Position numbers and translations under genes: made by a program. Positions 52,403 to 64,000 of a stretch of 64,000 nucleotides of DNA are shown piece by piece. The notes below the pieces were generated by a model. That model was not told the origin of the DNA. It did no database searches and saw nothing but the letters and a program-made list of their open reading frames with translations. The stretch lies in NCBI RefSeq assembly GCF_004010195.1, contig NC_057718.1, forward strand, positions 3,826,306 through 3,890,305, written 5' to 3'. Positions within the stretch are counted from its first letter, which is position 1. The number at the start of each line of letters is the position of its first letter. This DNA is from Chiloscyllium plagiosum. Its lineage: Eukaryota.

Positions 52403-52747
52403 GTATCAATGCTGCAGTCATTCTCCAGTCTCCGATCCTGGAACGTGTTACCAAGGGTCACACTGCTCGGTTACAGTGCACCATGAGGAACATCGCAGTG
52501 AAACACACTGATGTTCACTGGTACCGACTGTCCCCAGAACAAATTATGGAGCAAGTTTTAACAAATAGAGGAAATAGCTCCACTCAATTTAGCTCAGGAT
52601 TCACTGAGCGATTCCAGCCTTTTCGAGACTCTGCCAATAACAGCTTCGTTCTGACCATCAGAAACATGCAGCCCAGTGACACTGGGGTCTATTACTTCTC
52701 AGTCTGGGGAAAGATCTATGGGAGAGGAAGTCAGCTCAATGTAGACA
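52403..52747 (+). CDS. Open germline-joined VJ exon lacking the second canonical Cys (YYF); possibly non-functional
   Basis: Acceptor ttttattttcaag|, 345 bp, donor |gtaagt. (G)INAAVILQSPILERVTKGHTARLQCTMRNIAVKHTDVHWYRLSPEQIMEQVLTNRGNSSTQFSSGFTERFQPFRDSANNSFVLTIRNMQPSDTGVYYFSVWGKIYGRGSQLNVD; TTC sits at the YYC cysteine position. Confidence 0.82.
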
Positions 52748-54285
52748 GTAAGTAGAGTTTACATGACAATCACCTCCAACAATAACCTCTTGCCCAATGA
52801 ATGAATTGGAGATCAGTTTGTGATCAAGAAGATTGAGGAGGTGATGGAGAGTGATCTCAGGGATGGATTCACCATGGGGAGGAAGTTGAGCTCAGGTTCA
52901 GTGTTGGTGGGGGAATGAAGAAAGGGGATATTTTTGTGACATGGGAGGAAGATTTTGTGGGAAATGTGGAGCTTTATCCTGGAGAATGAATGAAAGTAAT
53001 TCCATCTGACTCACAAGAGTGTCTATACCATCGGGCTGGATGTGCAGTGTCAGGGAGATTGCTCTGTGAGGTGCCACATCTGCAGGGAATCCCCCAGGGA
53101 TTAGGAATGAACCATACAGCACAAAGGGGCACATACATCTCTCTCCATTCGAGAGCAATTGGTTTGATCCAGGATAAAGGGAACCACTCCACATTGAGCA
53201 CAGGGAAAGGGGAGGGCTCGCTCTCCATGAGCTCTCACAGCTGAGACTAGGATTGAAGCTGAGATGTTATCATTATTCTATCTACATTATACTCCAGCCA
53301 TCTGAGCCACCTGAAAGGGGAAGAGGGATCACAATATTCTGGGAGTTCACAACATAATTAGCTGGAGCTTCGTGTTGAATGTTGCTGAGAACCTGGCTTC
53401 AGTCCCCATCCTGGCTCAGGTAGTTCCTGGGGCTTTCTCTTCTACTTGTCCTATTGTGGGGGAGTGAGCAGCCAATAGCAGATCAGATATAATGCAGACA
53501 GATGTGAGGATATTCAGATTGAGTGGAGAAATAAGAGCAATGGAGACAATTTTATTGAAAAGTTCAATTCTAATGGGTGTGCAGGGCCAGACAGAGCTGG
53601 GACTATACTCTTTCACTGAAAAAAAGTCATGAAATGTATAAGAACCATTCTTTAAAGTTCTGTAGCAAAGATAAAATACAAATATTGCACAATTCACATG
53701 AAACTGAAGAAATTCTGAGATATCAGCACATTCTAACTTCTGATGTGATCTCTTTGCTGCACAGGGATGGTCTGTCTTTCAGGCTTTTTTTTCTACAAAC
53801 TGCAGGAAGTATTTCTGCAGAGCCATGTTACTCTGTCTGTGAATGAATGTATGTTTGAGATTAAAGGTAGATGCGAATGCTCCTTTGTTTCTCCTTGTTT
53901 CAAGAATCTGTCTTGCTGATAATAAATGTCAAGTTTGAGGTCATTAGTCAACTTGCTTTTTGTTGACTTTGGATCGGAGGACAGAAAATAGACAAAATGG
54001 CTGTCATGTTGATTCAGTGACAGATTTAGAATGGCTTGTGGTTAACTGGGGCTTGATTACTCATGCACTCCCCCCCATTAGAGTCTAAATACTGATGTGA
54101 GGTGTATGGTTTCTGCATAATTTTAATATCATTTCATATGGAGTTTGGATTCTGAACTAGTTACATGTAGGTTTTGGTCTTTGTGTGTATGAGAGGATTT
54201 AAAGATGACAATGACAATATTGCTGAAGTTACGATCATTTTTTAAGAAGAAATCAATCTGACAGAAACAGTTCTTAGAGCATGAA
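52748..54285 (+). repeat. Duplication module downstream of VJ exon
   Basis: Shared with 440-1975, 23340-23738 and 38100-40275 in inverted orientation. Confidence 0.7.
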
Positions 54286-54683
54286 TAGGAATTTGTTTGC
54301 ATTGGGAGAGATGTTATGAGCAGACAAAGTTAACATTGAAATAATTAGGCTGCTTTACAGGTTGATGGAATTGGATTGTTTTTCATTTCAGAGAGGCACA
54401 TATTACTTGGAAAGACTGATTTTTCAAATTCACAGAGTCCAGGTGGGTGTTAAACAGGTAAAACATTTTCTCCTGATGACAGGTGATAGTTTTGAATTGT
54501 TAAGAAATAGGGAACCTCAGTAGAAATAGTTTAATTTGAGAATTGCCCTTCTGAAGATGCCACATTTATCTCAAATCTCTGCCATTGTTTAGTCAGTAAA
54601 TCCTCTGACCATACCACCTGTAACCCTAAGGACTCTCTTCGTATTAAGTAGCTTAATGTTTGGTACCTTATCAAAAGTAGTTA

Positions 54684-55027
54684 GGGGCAGCACGGTGGCT
54701 CAGTGGTTAGCACTGCTGCCTCACAGCACCAGGGACCCAGGTTTGATTCCAACCTCAAGCAACTTTTTATGTGAAGCTTACACATTTTCCTCATGTCTGC
54801 AAAGGTTTCCTTCGGGTGCTCCGCTTTCCTCCAACAATCCAAAGATGTGTAGGTTCAGTGAATTGGCAATGCTAAATTGCCCATAGTGTATTGGGATGTG
54901 AAGTTTAGAATGCATTCGTCAGAGGTAAATATCAGGTTGGGGAATGGGTCTGTTTTGGTTACTCTTCAGAGGGTCGGTATGGACTTGTTGGGCCATAGGG
55001 CCTGTTTCCACACTGTAGGAATTCTAT
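54684..55027 (+). mobile_element. HE1-type SINE
   Basis: Same head and body as 10998. Confidence 0.8.
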
Positions 55028-58000
55028 AGAGCATTTTGTAAATTCAGACACATTATTGACTGGATTCCCTTTATCTATCCTATTTCTCAACTCATCAAAG
55101 CATTCTAATAAATTTGTCTGGCAATATTTATCCTTCATGACACCATGCTGACTCTGCTGGACCATACAAGACATTTCTAAATGTTCTGTCAATACCATCA
55201 TCATCATCACCATTATCGTCACTATTATCACCATCATTATATTATTATTGCTATTATTGGTGGTGAGCTGCCATCTTGAACTACTGCAGTCTATGTGCAG
55301 TAGATCCTGAAGAAGCAGGTCATGCTGATCCTCTCTCTGACATCTCTCTAGTAAGACCCTGTGTTTGATTTTCCATTTTCTGCCAAGAGGTACTTATGTA
55401 GATTGTTGCTAATATTTGGAACAGCATCATTAGGTTGGGATAATCTCTTGGGTCTTTGGACAGGTTAAGGTATTCTATATTCTGTTCTCTTCTGTGTTTC
55501 ATTCAGTAATCTAGGAAATAAATTCTGTTTTGTTTAAAACTACGTGGTTTGACCAACTACATCCCTCCTGGAATATCCATGTTACACCTGCTTAAAACAA
55601 TGAGCAAGGTTAGGGTCTGGCCCACTTTCTTCAAATGTTTAAAGAGTTCTAGCCTGGTCAATAGCAGATCAGGGCTATTTGCAGGATTTGTTCTATAGTT
55701 CCAATTTGGGATTAGGATTGTTGGACTCGAAGGCAACGACTGGTAGGTGTTAGTGTCTTTTGTTCCATGTGTTGAATTCAGTTGGTTTAAACAGTGCTTT
55801 GGATAGCAATGGCTCTTTCAATCACCAAGAGAGTTCTAGGGATGGAAGAAGTGACCTTTGGGAGTTTTACAAAGTGTGGTTAAGGCCAAGCTGCTAGAAT
55901 TAGCAGACAAGCTGGGATTGGAGCTGTCTCCTTCCATGAGGAAAGGAGACATAATTACAACAATAACTCAGCATTTACATTTGCTGGAAACACCATCAGA
56001 ATCTTTCAGGATGGCTAAAATTTAATTGAAAATGAAGCAGTTTGAATTACAATTAAAAGCAGAGGTAAGGTAAAAAGAACGAACCACTTTAGCAGAACAA
56101 TAAGAAAAAGAACGGATCACGTTATTGAACAAAAAGAAAAAGAGAAGTAAGAGTGAAAGAGAGAGAAAGAAAGAGAGAGAGAAGAGCAAGTAAGATCGAG
56201 AGAAAGAGCGAGAGAAAAGAGAGAAAAAGAGAGAGAAGAAAGGAAGAAAGAGAGAGAGCTTGAACTCAGAAATTGGCACTCAGCCTGGAAAGTCAGCTTT
56301 AACAGATGGAGCTGTGGGCTGAAGGTAAGCTCAGTGAGGAAGAGAGTGAGGATGAGCAAACCCATGGTAGCCAAAGGCGTGGTGAGACATATATTCAAGT
56401 ATTGCCTAAATTTGATGAGAAGGATGTGGAAGCCTTTTTCATCTCATTTAAAAGGGTGACTAAACAAATGTGATGACCAGTGACCATGTGGGTTTTGTTC
56501 ATCCAAACAAAAGGTAGAGCTAGTCAGGTATTTGCATCAGTATCAGAGGAGCTATCTGGGGCATAAGAGGAGTGAAGAAAGCCATCTTAGGTGCAGATGA
56601 GCTTGTGCGAGAAGCCGACAGGCAATATTTCAGGAATGTAAGGAGGGAACATACAAACAAAGTAATTTTGATAAGTGCATAAGGGCATTAAAGACAGAGC
56701 AAAGGTATGACTCTCTAAGAGAGACAATTATTTTGGAGGAATTTGAAACTTCACCTTCTGAAGTAATGAGAACTCATGTGGAAGAGCAGTTAGTTAAAAT
56801 AGCAAAATTAGCAGCTGAAATGGCTGATGATTATGAGTTGGTCCATAAATCAAAGTTTTGCTTCCAAAAACAATTTCAGTCTGTGGGGGATTGAAATTGG
56901 GGAAAAGAGAAATCCTCACGTGGAAAGAGGAAGGTAGATCTTGGTGATGATCATAGGGATAACTTGGTGATGATCATAGGGTTAAAAAAGGAAATCCTTG
57001 AGGGGAAAGAGAAGTTGAAAAGCTTCAGTATTTTCACTGCAATAATGTAGCCACATATTGGTGGAGTAGGAAATGCACTGGGAAGCCAGATATAGGAAAA
57101 CAGATAAGCCAGTGACTTTTGTTGGAGTGGTAATAGGAAGCACAGGGGAGGTTAGAAAGCTGCACCAGAATGTACAAGCTGGTTGGAGGTTGGTTAAGGG
57201 GGAACTGCCAGATCTTCTTAAACCATATTTTGCCCACATTGGCCAGGAAGAGCAGGTAAAGAGATTACAATATTAAGAGATGCAGGGTCTTCTCAATCTG
57301 TGATGCTGAAAGAAGAGGAGATATGTACTTTTGAAGGACTATTGCCAGAAAAGGTGCTAGTTACGGGAAGTCAAGGTGAGACAAGAAGTGCTCAATTAGT
57401 AAAATGAGGTTTGAGTATCCAGTGAAGAATGGAGAAGTCATGGTAGGAGTACTGGACAAACTCTCAGCTCTAGGAATACAATTTGTCCTTGTTAATGATA
57501 TAGCTGGTTCACACGCCAGAGTGCTACCTATGGTGATTGGACAGACAGTGGAAACTCAAACAACTGAATAATTACAGGACACATACCCTGGGATATTTCC
57601 TGACTGTGTGGAAATGAGGTCACAAAGTCACCAGTTGAAATAGAGAGATCAAAGAATATTAATAAGAAACTTGAAGTGGAATTAGCAGAGACCCTGTTTG
57701 TTCAGATGGTTGACACAAACCGCGAGCAGATAGATGATAATGCAAACATCTTTATTTCAGATAAATTAACTGAGTTACAGCAGAAAGATGAACATTTAGA
57801 GCAATTGTATCAAAAGACATAAATAGAAAAAAGAATTTGAATGTATACATGAATGTTTATTATCTTAAAAATGACGTCTTAATGAGGAAATGGAGACCAT
57901 CACATATTCTGGCAGATGAGAAATGGGCAGAAGTTCATCAAGTCATATTGCCAGTGGGTTATAGAATGGAGGTGTTGAAAGTGGCACATGAGCTACCACT

Positions 58001-59249
58001 AGGGGGTCATTTAGGAGTGAGAAAAACTCGGGCTAAAATACAAAAACATTTTTACTGGCCTGGGCTGCACAAAGATATAGTTGAATTTTGCCAGATGTCA
58101 CATAGGTTCCTGATGAAGGGATTTTCCTGATTCTCAGATGTTGCCTGACCTGCTGTGCTTTTCCAGCACTCTCAACTCTGATCTCCAGTCCTCACTTTCC
58201 CCTATGTCATATCTGTCAGGTAATTGGAAAACCACATGTAATAATAAAACTCACACTTTTAATATCTATTCCTGAATTTGAGGAACCTTTTACAAGTGTC
58301 TTAATTGATTAGATAGGACCCTGACCTAAAACAAAAAAATGGGAATCAGTATTTCTTAACAAAAATTGATGCATCCTTGAGATTTCCAGAGGCCATTCTA
58401 TTTTGCAGTATCACAGCTAAAAGGATTGTGGAGGAATTACTCAATTTTTTTATGAGTTACGGACGACCCACTGAGGTGTAAGCAGATCAAGGATCAAACT
58501 TCATATCTAACTTATTCAAGGAAGTTATGGACAGCTTAAGACTAAAACAATTCAAGCCTGTGGCGTACTATCCAGAGTCACAGGGAGTGCTAGAAAGGTG
58601 CCATCAGACAATGAAGACCATGTCAGAAGCTTATAGTCAAGACTATCCAGATGGTTGGGATAAGGGAATTCCGATTGCACTTTTTGCAATCAGAGATGCA
58701 TCAAATAAATCAATCAAATTTAGTAATTCCTGATTTTTCTCTGGAAGGTAACTCAATGATTTATCCCAATCTTGGACAACTTCTTCATTGGAAGCAAGAA
58801 GCAGACAAGAAATCAAAAACTCACAGTTTTGCTTTGGTGATAAGGTTTCAGTGTGAATTCTCATGTTAGGTGAACTTTACAAGGAAGGTTTAGTCAATCT
58901 TATCAAGTCAAAAGGAAATTGAATGAGCTGAATTATTTGATAAGGACTCCAAACTCAAAGGAATCTCACAGAGTATGTCATGCAAATATGTTTAAAAAGT
59001 GTTTTGACAGGGAAGGAAACAAGAGGAGAATGTGTTACTAGTTACAACACAGAGCGAAGAACCAAGTTCGGTGAATTCTTAAGTGGACATTTATGTAATT
59101 AAATTGGACAATCAGGAAGTTGCAAAAAATTGAGATAAATTATTGAATAACCTTCCAGAGAAAAATCTAAATGATCTGAAAGAGATATTACTATCACATT
59201 GGGAGATATGTGGAAATAAGCTGGGAAATACTAACCTAATTATGCATGA

Positions 59250-59447
59250 ACTACCTATTGCATTCTCAGCTACCGTGCCCTCAGCCCAACCCCCCTCCCA
59301 TTTATCTCTCAGCCCCCGCCGGCCAACAAGCCTCATTCCGAATGAAGGACTTGATTCTCCTGCTCCTCGGATGCTGCCTGACGTGCTGTGCTTTTCCAGC
59401 ACCACAATCTCAACTCTGATCTCCAGCATCTGTATTCTTCAGTTTCT
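59250..59447 (+). mobile_element. Penelope-type terminal fragment inserted in the Gypsy element
   Basis: Flanked by near-perfect TSD cctaattatgca(t/c)ga (59235-49, 59448-62). A similar short insert lies at ~58105-58203. Confidence 0.65.
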
Positions 59448-60902
59448 CCTAATTATGCACGATGTAGATATAGGAGAGGCATAAGCCTCTAAAGCTGGCA
59501 GATGTTGAAAAGGAGATTGAATGCATGCTTGAAGATGACATAATCGAGAGAGAGAGAGAGAGAGACCATTTAAATGCCCTTAACTGTCGCAGTTTAAAGC
59601 TGTGTCCTCTCATGCTAGCCATCACCAACCAAGGAAAAAGGCTCTCATTGTACCAACCTATCTAACCCTCTGATTATTTTATATGTCTCAATTAAGTTAC
59701 CTCTCAACTGTCTTCTCTTGAACAAAGACAGCCTCAAATCCCTCAGCCTTTCTTCATCTGACCTTCCCTCATTACCAGGCAACATCCTCATAAAATTGGC
59801 ACATACAACCTTTTTTTTGGTTGGAGGAGGTGGGTGGGTGGGAGACACTACCTGAGTATTGTTTCTGGTAAAGCAACCACCCAAATACAAAGGCTCACTT
59901 ACTCAGCAGTCTCGTGTCTGCTCCTGCTCAGTGTGTGCTTCACCTACACATGAGGTAAACCTTTATACCTTTAAAATTTACCTTCTTGTCGGGCTCCTGG
60001 ACCTCACTGTCCCTCCTCTCCCACTCCAACCGCTACCGAAAAACAGATGACCTGGTGATTTTTACATTTGCAACATTTTTCGGACTTGTTCGGCCAATTT
60101 CAGAAGGCAGGCTCGGTGATAAACATGGCTAAAAGTGAATTTGCCAAAGCCCAAGTCACTTTCTGGGCCATGTTATTAGACATGGACAAATGGCCCCATG
60201 GGATGCAAAAACAAAAGTAATTAGGGGGTTTCCCATACCAAATTTTAGCAGTGTGTCTGCTCCACCCACTGAATTGCTAAAGAAAGACAAGACGTTTCAG
60301 TGGACAGCAGACAGTCAAAAGGCATTTGACAGCCTGAAAGTTGTGTTAACCACTGCCCCAGCATTAGCCACACCTAATTACACAAAGCCATTCAAGGTGG
60401 CTATCAATGCAAGTGATGTGGGTGTCAGTGCTGTGCTTTTGCAGGAAGATGACGAGAAGATAGAAAGACCTATTGGGTATTTTTTCAGAATATTGAACAT
60501 TCATTCGCATAAATATTTGAAATTTGAGAAGGAGACTTTGAGATTGGTGTTAGCTTTACAATATTTCATTGTTCATGTTACAGTAACATATCGGAAACAA
60601 TCATCTACACAGATCATAACCCATTGAAGTTTGTGGAGAAATTTAAGGACAAAAATTCCAGAGACTGTTTAGATGGAGCTTGTTGTTACAGCCATTCGGT
60701 TTGAAAATTGTGCATGTGGCAGGTCGAGAAAATGTGACTGCCAATGCATTGTCGAGACTCGAATGAGAAATGGAGGCATTCAGAAGCAGGAGTAAACAGA
60801 CTGAAACAGAATGTGGTAGTACATCTTTGCATGATTATTGTTAATGTAATGTATATGTGTATTATAGAGTACTAATGGTTTCGGATAAAGGATTTTTAAA
60901 AT

Positions 60903-61214
60903 GGGTGGCATGGTGGCACAGTGGTTAGCACTGCTGCCTCACAGCACCAGAGACCCGGGTTCAATTTCCACCTCAGGCGACTCTCTGTGTGGAGTTTACA
61001 CATTCTCCCTGTGTCTGCATGGGTTTCTTCCGGGTGCTCCGGTTTTCTCCCACAATCCAAAGATGTGCAGGTTAGGTTAATTGGCCATGCTAAATTGCCT
61101 GTAGTGTTAGGTGAAGGGGTAAATGTAGGGGAATGGGTCTGGTTGGGTTGCGCTTTGGAGGGTCAATGTGGACTTGTTGGGCCGAAGGGCCTGTTTCCAC
61201 ACTGTAAGAAATCT
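60903..61214 (+). mobile_element. HE1-type SINE inside the Gypsy 3' region
   Basis: Same head and body. Confidence 0.8.
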
Positions 61215-62226
61215 AAAAAGTCCTTTTTGCTTATTAATGCTTCATTTTATTAAGGGGAGAGGTGTGATATACAGCTTCTCTCTGGTTTGGTTTGATTTTG
61301 GCAGTCTGGCTATTCACTGAAAACAGTCAGGCAGTTGTAAAACCTGCTAGACCTAAAGACGTAGGTCCATGCTGATCCTGTCTCTGACTTCTCTCCTGTA
61401 AGACCCTGTGTTTGATTTTACCTTTTGTGCCAAGAGGAGTTTATGGAGATTGTTGCAAATACTTGGAGCAGCAGCATGAAGTTGGGATGATCTGCTGGGT
61501 TTTCAGATAGATTACATTATTATGTACTCTGTATCTTTTGTTTGTTTCTCATTCAGTTTTTCATTCAGTTATCTTGTAAGTAAATTCTGTTTTGTTTAAA
61601 ACTATGTGGTTTAATCAACTGCATCCCTCCTGGAATATTCATGTTATACCTGCTTAAAACAATGAGCAAAGTTAGGGTCTGAGGCACTTTCTTGAAATGT
61701 TTTGAGGGGGTCTGGCCTGGTCCATAGAAAGCAGAACGTCTGATACTCCTGCTCTTCTGTGTCAGCCAGGGCTCCCTGATTGGACCAGGTTAACAGCCAC
61801 CTGGCTGACCTCATTACATTCACTACAAAGAAACACTGATATATTCCCAAAACAGGATGATGAGTGATTTGGAGGGGATCTTGTTGGGGTTGGTGTTCTC
61901 ATCTGTCCGTTGCCCTTGTCCTTTCAGGTGAAAGTGAACCTGAGTTTTGATCCAGGTGCAGAAAAATGGCATGTCCAAAATGTTGATCAGATTCTGACAA
62001 GAGTTCAGAAATATTATTTAACACACTGTTTTCTTAAATTATTTCTGTTTTGTTGATTGATTTTTTTTATCTGAATCAGTCACAAATGCATCTCAATCAC
62101 TCAGTGTAACAACATGTTCTCTCATTTTAACTTATAACTCCTACCAACCTGTCAGATCCTTTCAAAATGGTAGTTCAGAGAATTTGCTGTTGTGGGAATA
62201 AACTTATTGTTACTTTTTTGTTGAAG

Positions 62227-62571
62227 GTATCACTGGTCCAGTCCTTCTCCAGTCTCGGAGCCTAGAACATATCACTAAGGGTCACACTGCCCGGTTACAG
62301 TGCACCATGAGGAATGCTGCAGTGACACACACCAATGTTCACTGGTTCCGACTGTCCCCAGAGCAAATTATGGAGCCGGTTTTCACACATCCAGGAAGTA
62401 GCTCCACACAATGGTACCCAGGATTCACTGAGCGATTCCAGTCTTCCAGAGACTCCTCCAGTAACAGCTTTTTTCTGACCATCAAAGGAGTGCAGCTCAG
62501 TGACAGTGGGGTCTATTACTGCTTCATCTGCGGAAGGATCTATGGGAGAGGAAGCCAGCTCAATATCACCT
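62227..62571 (+). CDS. Intact germline-joined VJ Ig variable-domain exon (non-rearranging antigen-receptor-like; TCR-gamma/light-chain-like framework)
   Basis: Acceptor tttttttgttgaag|, 345-bp open exon, phase-1 donor |gtaagt. Translation (G)ITGPVLLQSRSLEHITKGHTARLQCTMRNAAVTHTNVHWFRLSPEQIMEPVFTHPGSSSTQWYPGFTERFQSSRDSSSNSFFLTIKGVQLSDSGVYYCFICGRIYGRGSQLNIT has the B-strand C, C-strand W, RF, LTI, DxGxYYC and a J-like YGxGSxL motif. No RSS between V and J. Confidence 0.88.
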
Positions 62572-62829
62572 GTAAGTAGAGTTTACATGGCAATCTCCTC
62601 CAGCAATAACCTCTTACCCAATGAATGAATTGGAGATCAGTTTGTGATCAAGAAGATTGAGGAAGTGACGGAGAGTGATCTCGGGGATGGATTCACTGAG
62701 AGGAGGAAGCTGAGCTCAGGTGCAGTAATTTATTTAATTGGTTTGTGAGATGTGGGTGTCACTGGCGGGGCCAGCATTTATTGCCCATCCTTAATTGCCA
62801 TTGAGAAGGTGGTACTGAGCTGCCTTCTT

Positions 62830-63085
62830 GAACCACTGCAGTGACCCATTGGTTGTCATTCCTGGGTTTAGGTCGGGCTCCTACACAACCTATTAAGACC
62901 CTGCTAAATGGTCCTTCAAAAGCTGTGATCGGAATTAAAGGTGAAGCTTTAATTGAAGGTTGGAGATTCCCCAAGTCCTGACGTGGACCAGTCTGTCTGG
63001 TAAAATATAAGATCGTTATGTAATCCTGAACAATAAATGTTTTAATATTTTCAACTGTGCGTTCCTCATCCATAAATGACCTGTG
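62830..63085 (-). mobile_element. Gmr1-like integrase fragment
   Basis: PLIPITAFEGPFSRVLIGCVGARPKPRNDNQ resembles the integrase core start at ~58270. Confidence 0.55.
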
Positions 63086-63269
63086 ATTGACATTTCATGA
63101 GCTAGATAGTAAAATTTCATTCTGGCCCTCAGATGGAGTGACCACCTGATGGACCACTGTTCATTCCTCATCACCTGGCATTTGGGATGGTCTCTATTTC
63201 CTCACTCATACTTTGTCTTTCAAACAATAACACTCAGAGACTGTTTCTGATTCCATTTCTGAGGATAAA

Positions 63270-63900
63270 AACAGAAATTGCTGGAGAGTCTCGGCGAATC
63301 TGGTAGCATCGATGCAGAGAAATCAAAATTAATTTTGCAGGTCCAATGATCCTTGTACAGAACAAATGGCAATGAGGAAAATAATGGTTTTTATATAGAA
63401 GGTGGGGTGGGGAGGATGGTGAAAATAAACAATCGATGGAGATAGAGCCCAGTGTGAGAAAAAAGCTGTTGAACAGACAAAGACGTAGTTAATGGCTAGT
63501 CTGGGGGAATGAGCAGCTGTAGATGGGGAACTAGTGATTTACATTAATGTATGGCAGCTGCCTGAGTAATGATAAGGCCTGGTGTGTGGGGGAGGTGGAA
63601 AGCATGGGAAAGGTGCTCAGTCTCTAAAATTGTTGAACTCGATATTAATTTCAGAAGGCTACAGGGTAACCAATTGGAAAATGAGGTGCTGTTGTTCCAG
63701 CTTGCGCTGAGCTTCAGAAGAACACTGCAGCAAGACTGAGACAGAGATATTAGCCAAGGAACACGATCGTGTATTGGAGTGGCAAGCACCTGGGAGTTTT
63801 TCTGCGTACAGAATGGAGGTGTTCTGAGAAGGGGTCACCCAGTCTGTGTTTCATTTCCTAACTGAAGAGGAGACTACATTGTGAGCAGTGAATACAGTTT
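63270..63900 (-). mobile_element. Penelope-like element 3' end (GIY-YIG C-terminus)
   Basis: Minus strand reads CIHCSQC...QCSSEAQRKLEQQHLIFQLVTL*PSEINIEFNNF, followed by a pyrimidine-rich 3' region. Confidence 0.65.
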
Positions 63901-64000
63901 GTCTCATCACAGAATACTCAGAGGCTTGGATAGAGTGGACGTGGAGAAGATGTTTGTTGGAAAGAGTAGGATCCTGGATATAGCCTTACAGTGAAGGGAT

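Larger units (their letters stand above)
55305..61729 (+). mobile_element. Degenerate Gmr1-type Ty3/Gypsy LTR retrotransposon
   Basis: Truncated 5' LTR (~55305-55666) matches the 3' LTR (~61263-61729, preceded by polypurine tract aaggggagagg). Internal remnants: gag (LPKFDEKDVEAFFISF), protease-like ILRDAGSSQS, integrase H2C2 (AHELPLGGHLGVRKT..FYWPGL) and core, then RT remnants and RNase H (KPFKVAINASDVGVSAVLLQ). Confidence 0.85.

Noticed and set aside
56022-56398. Leu/Phe/Ser-rich minus-strand ORFs
   Set aside because: Antisense of the GA-rich gag coiled-coil region.
1-64000. CRISPR arrays, rRNA genes, prokaryotic operons
   Set aside because: None seen; the sequence is vertebrate genomic DNA.

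Overview
This is eukaryotic, repeat-rich DNA from a cartilaginous fish (shark). The evidence is HE1-type tRNA-derived SINEs, dense CR1/HER1 LINE remnants and Penelope-type elements. There are two N gaps. The non-repeat content is an immune-receptor-like locus. (1) Six paralogous ~345-bp Ig V-domain exons in which V and a J-like strand are already joined in the germline, with no RSS and a fixed-length CDR3. Two are open (+ strand, 52403-52747 and 62227-62571) and four are pseudogenes (- strand, 13.9-24.1 kb). A seventh unit near 1.9 kb keeps the flank but lacks the exon. (2) Four decayed TCR-alpha-like J segments at 11.97-13.34 kb, three with RSS remnants. (3) Segmental duplication modules carrying unidentified exon-like blocks. 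I could not recognise a leader exon or a C1 exon in the window. Notable mobile elements are a Gmr1-type Gypsy (PR-IN-RT-RH order), Penelope elements, hairpin insertions with hammerhead-ribozyme cores, and an R2-type REL fragment. Repeat boundaries were estimated by eye and are approximate.
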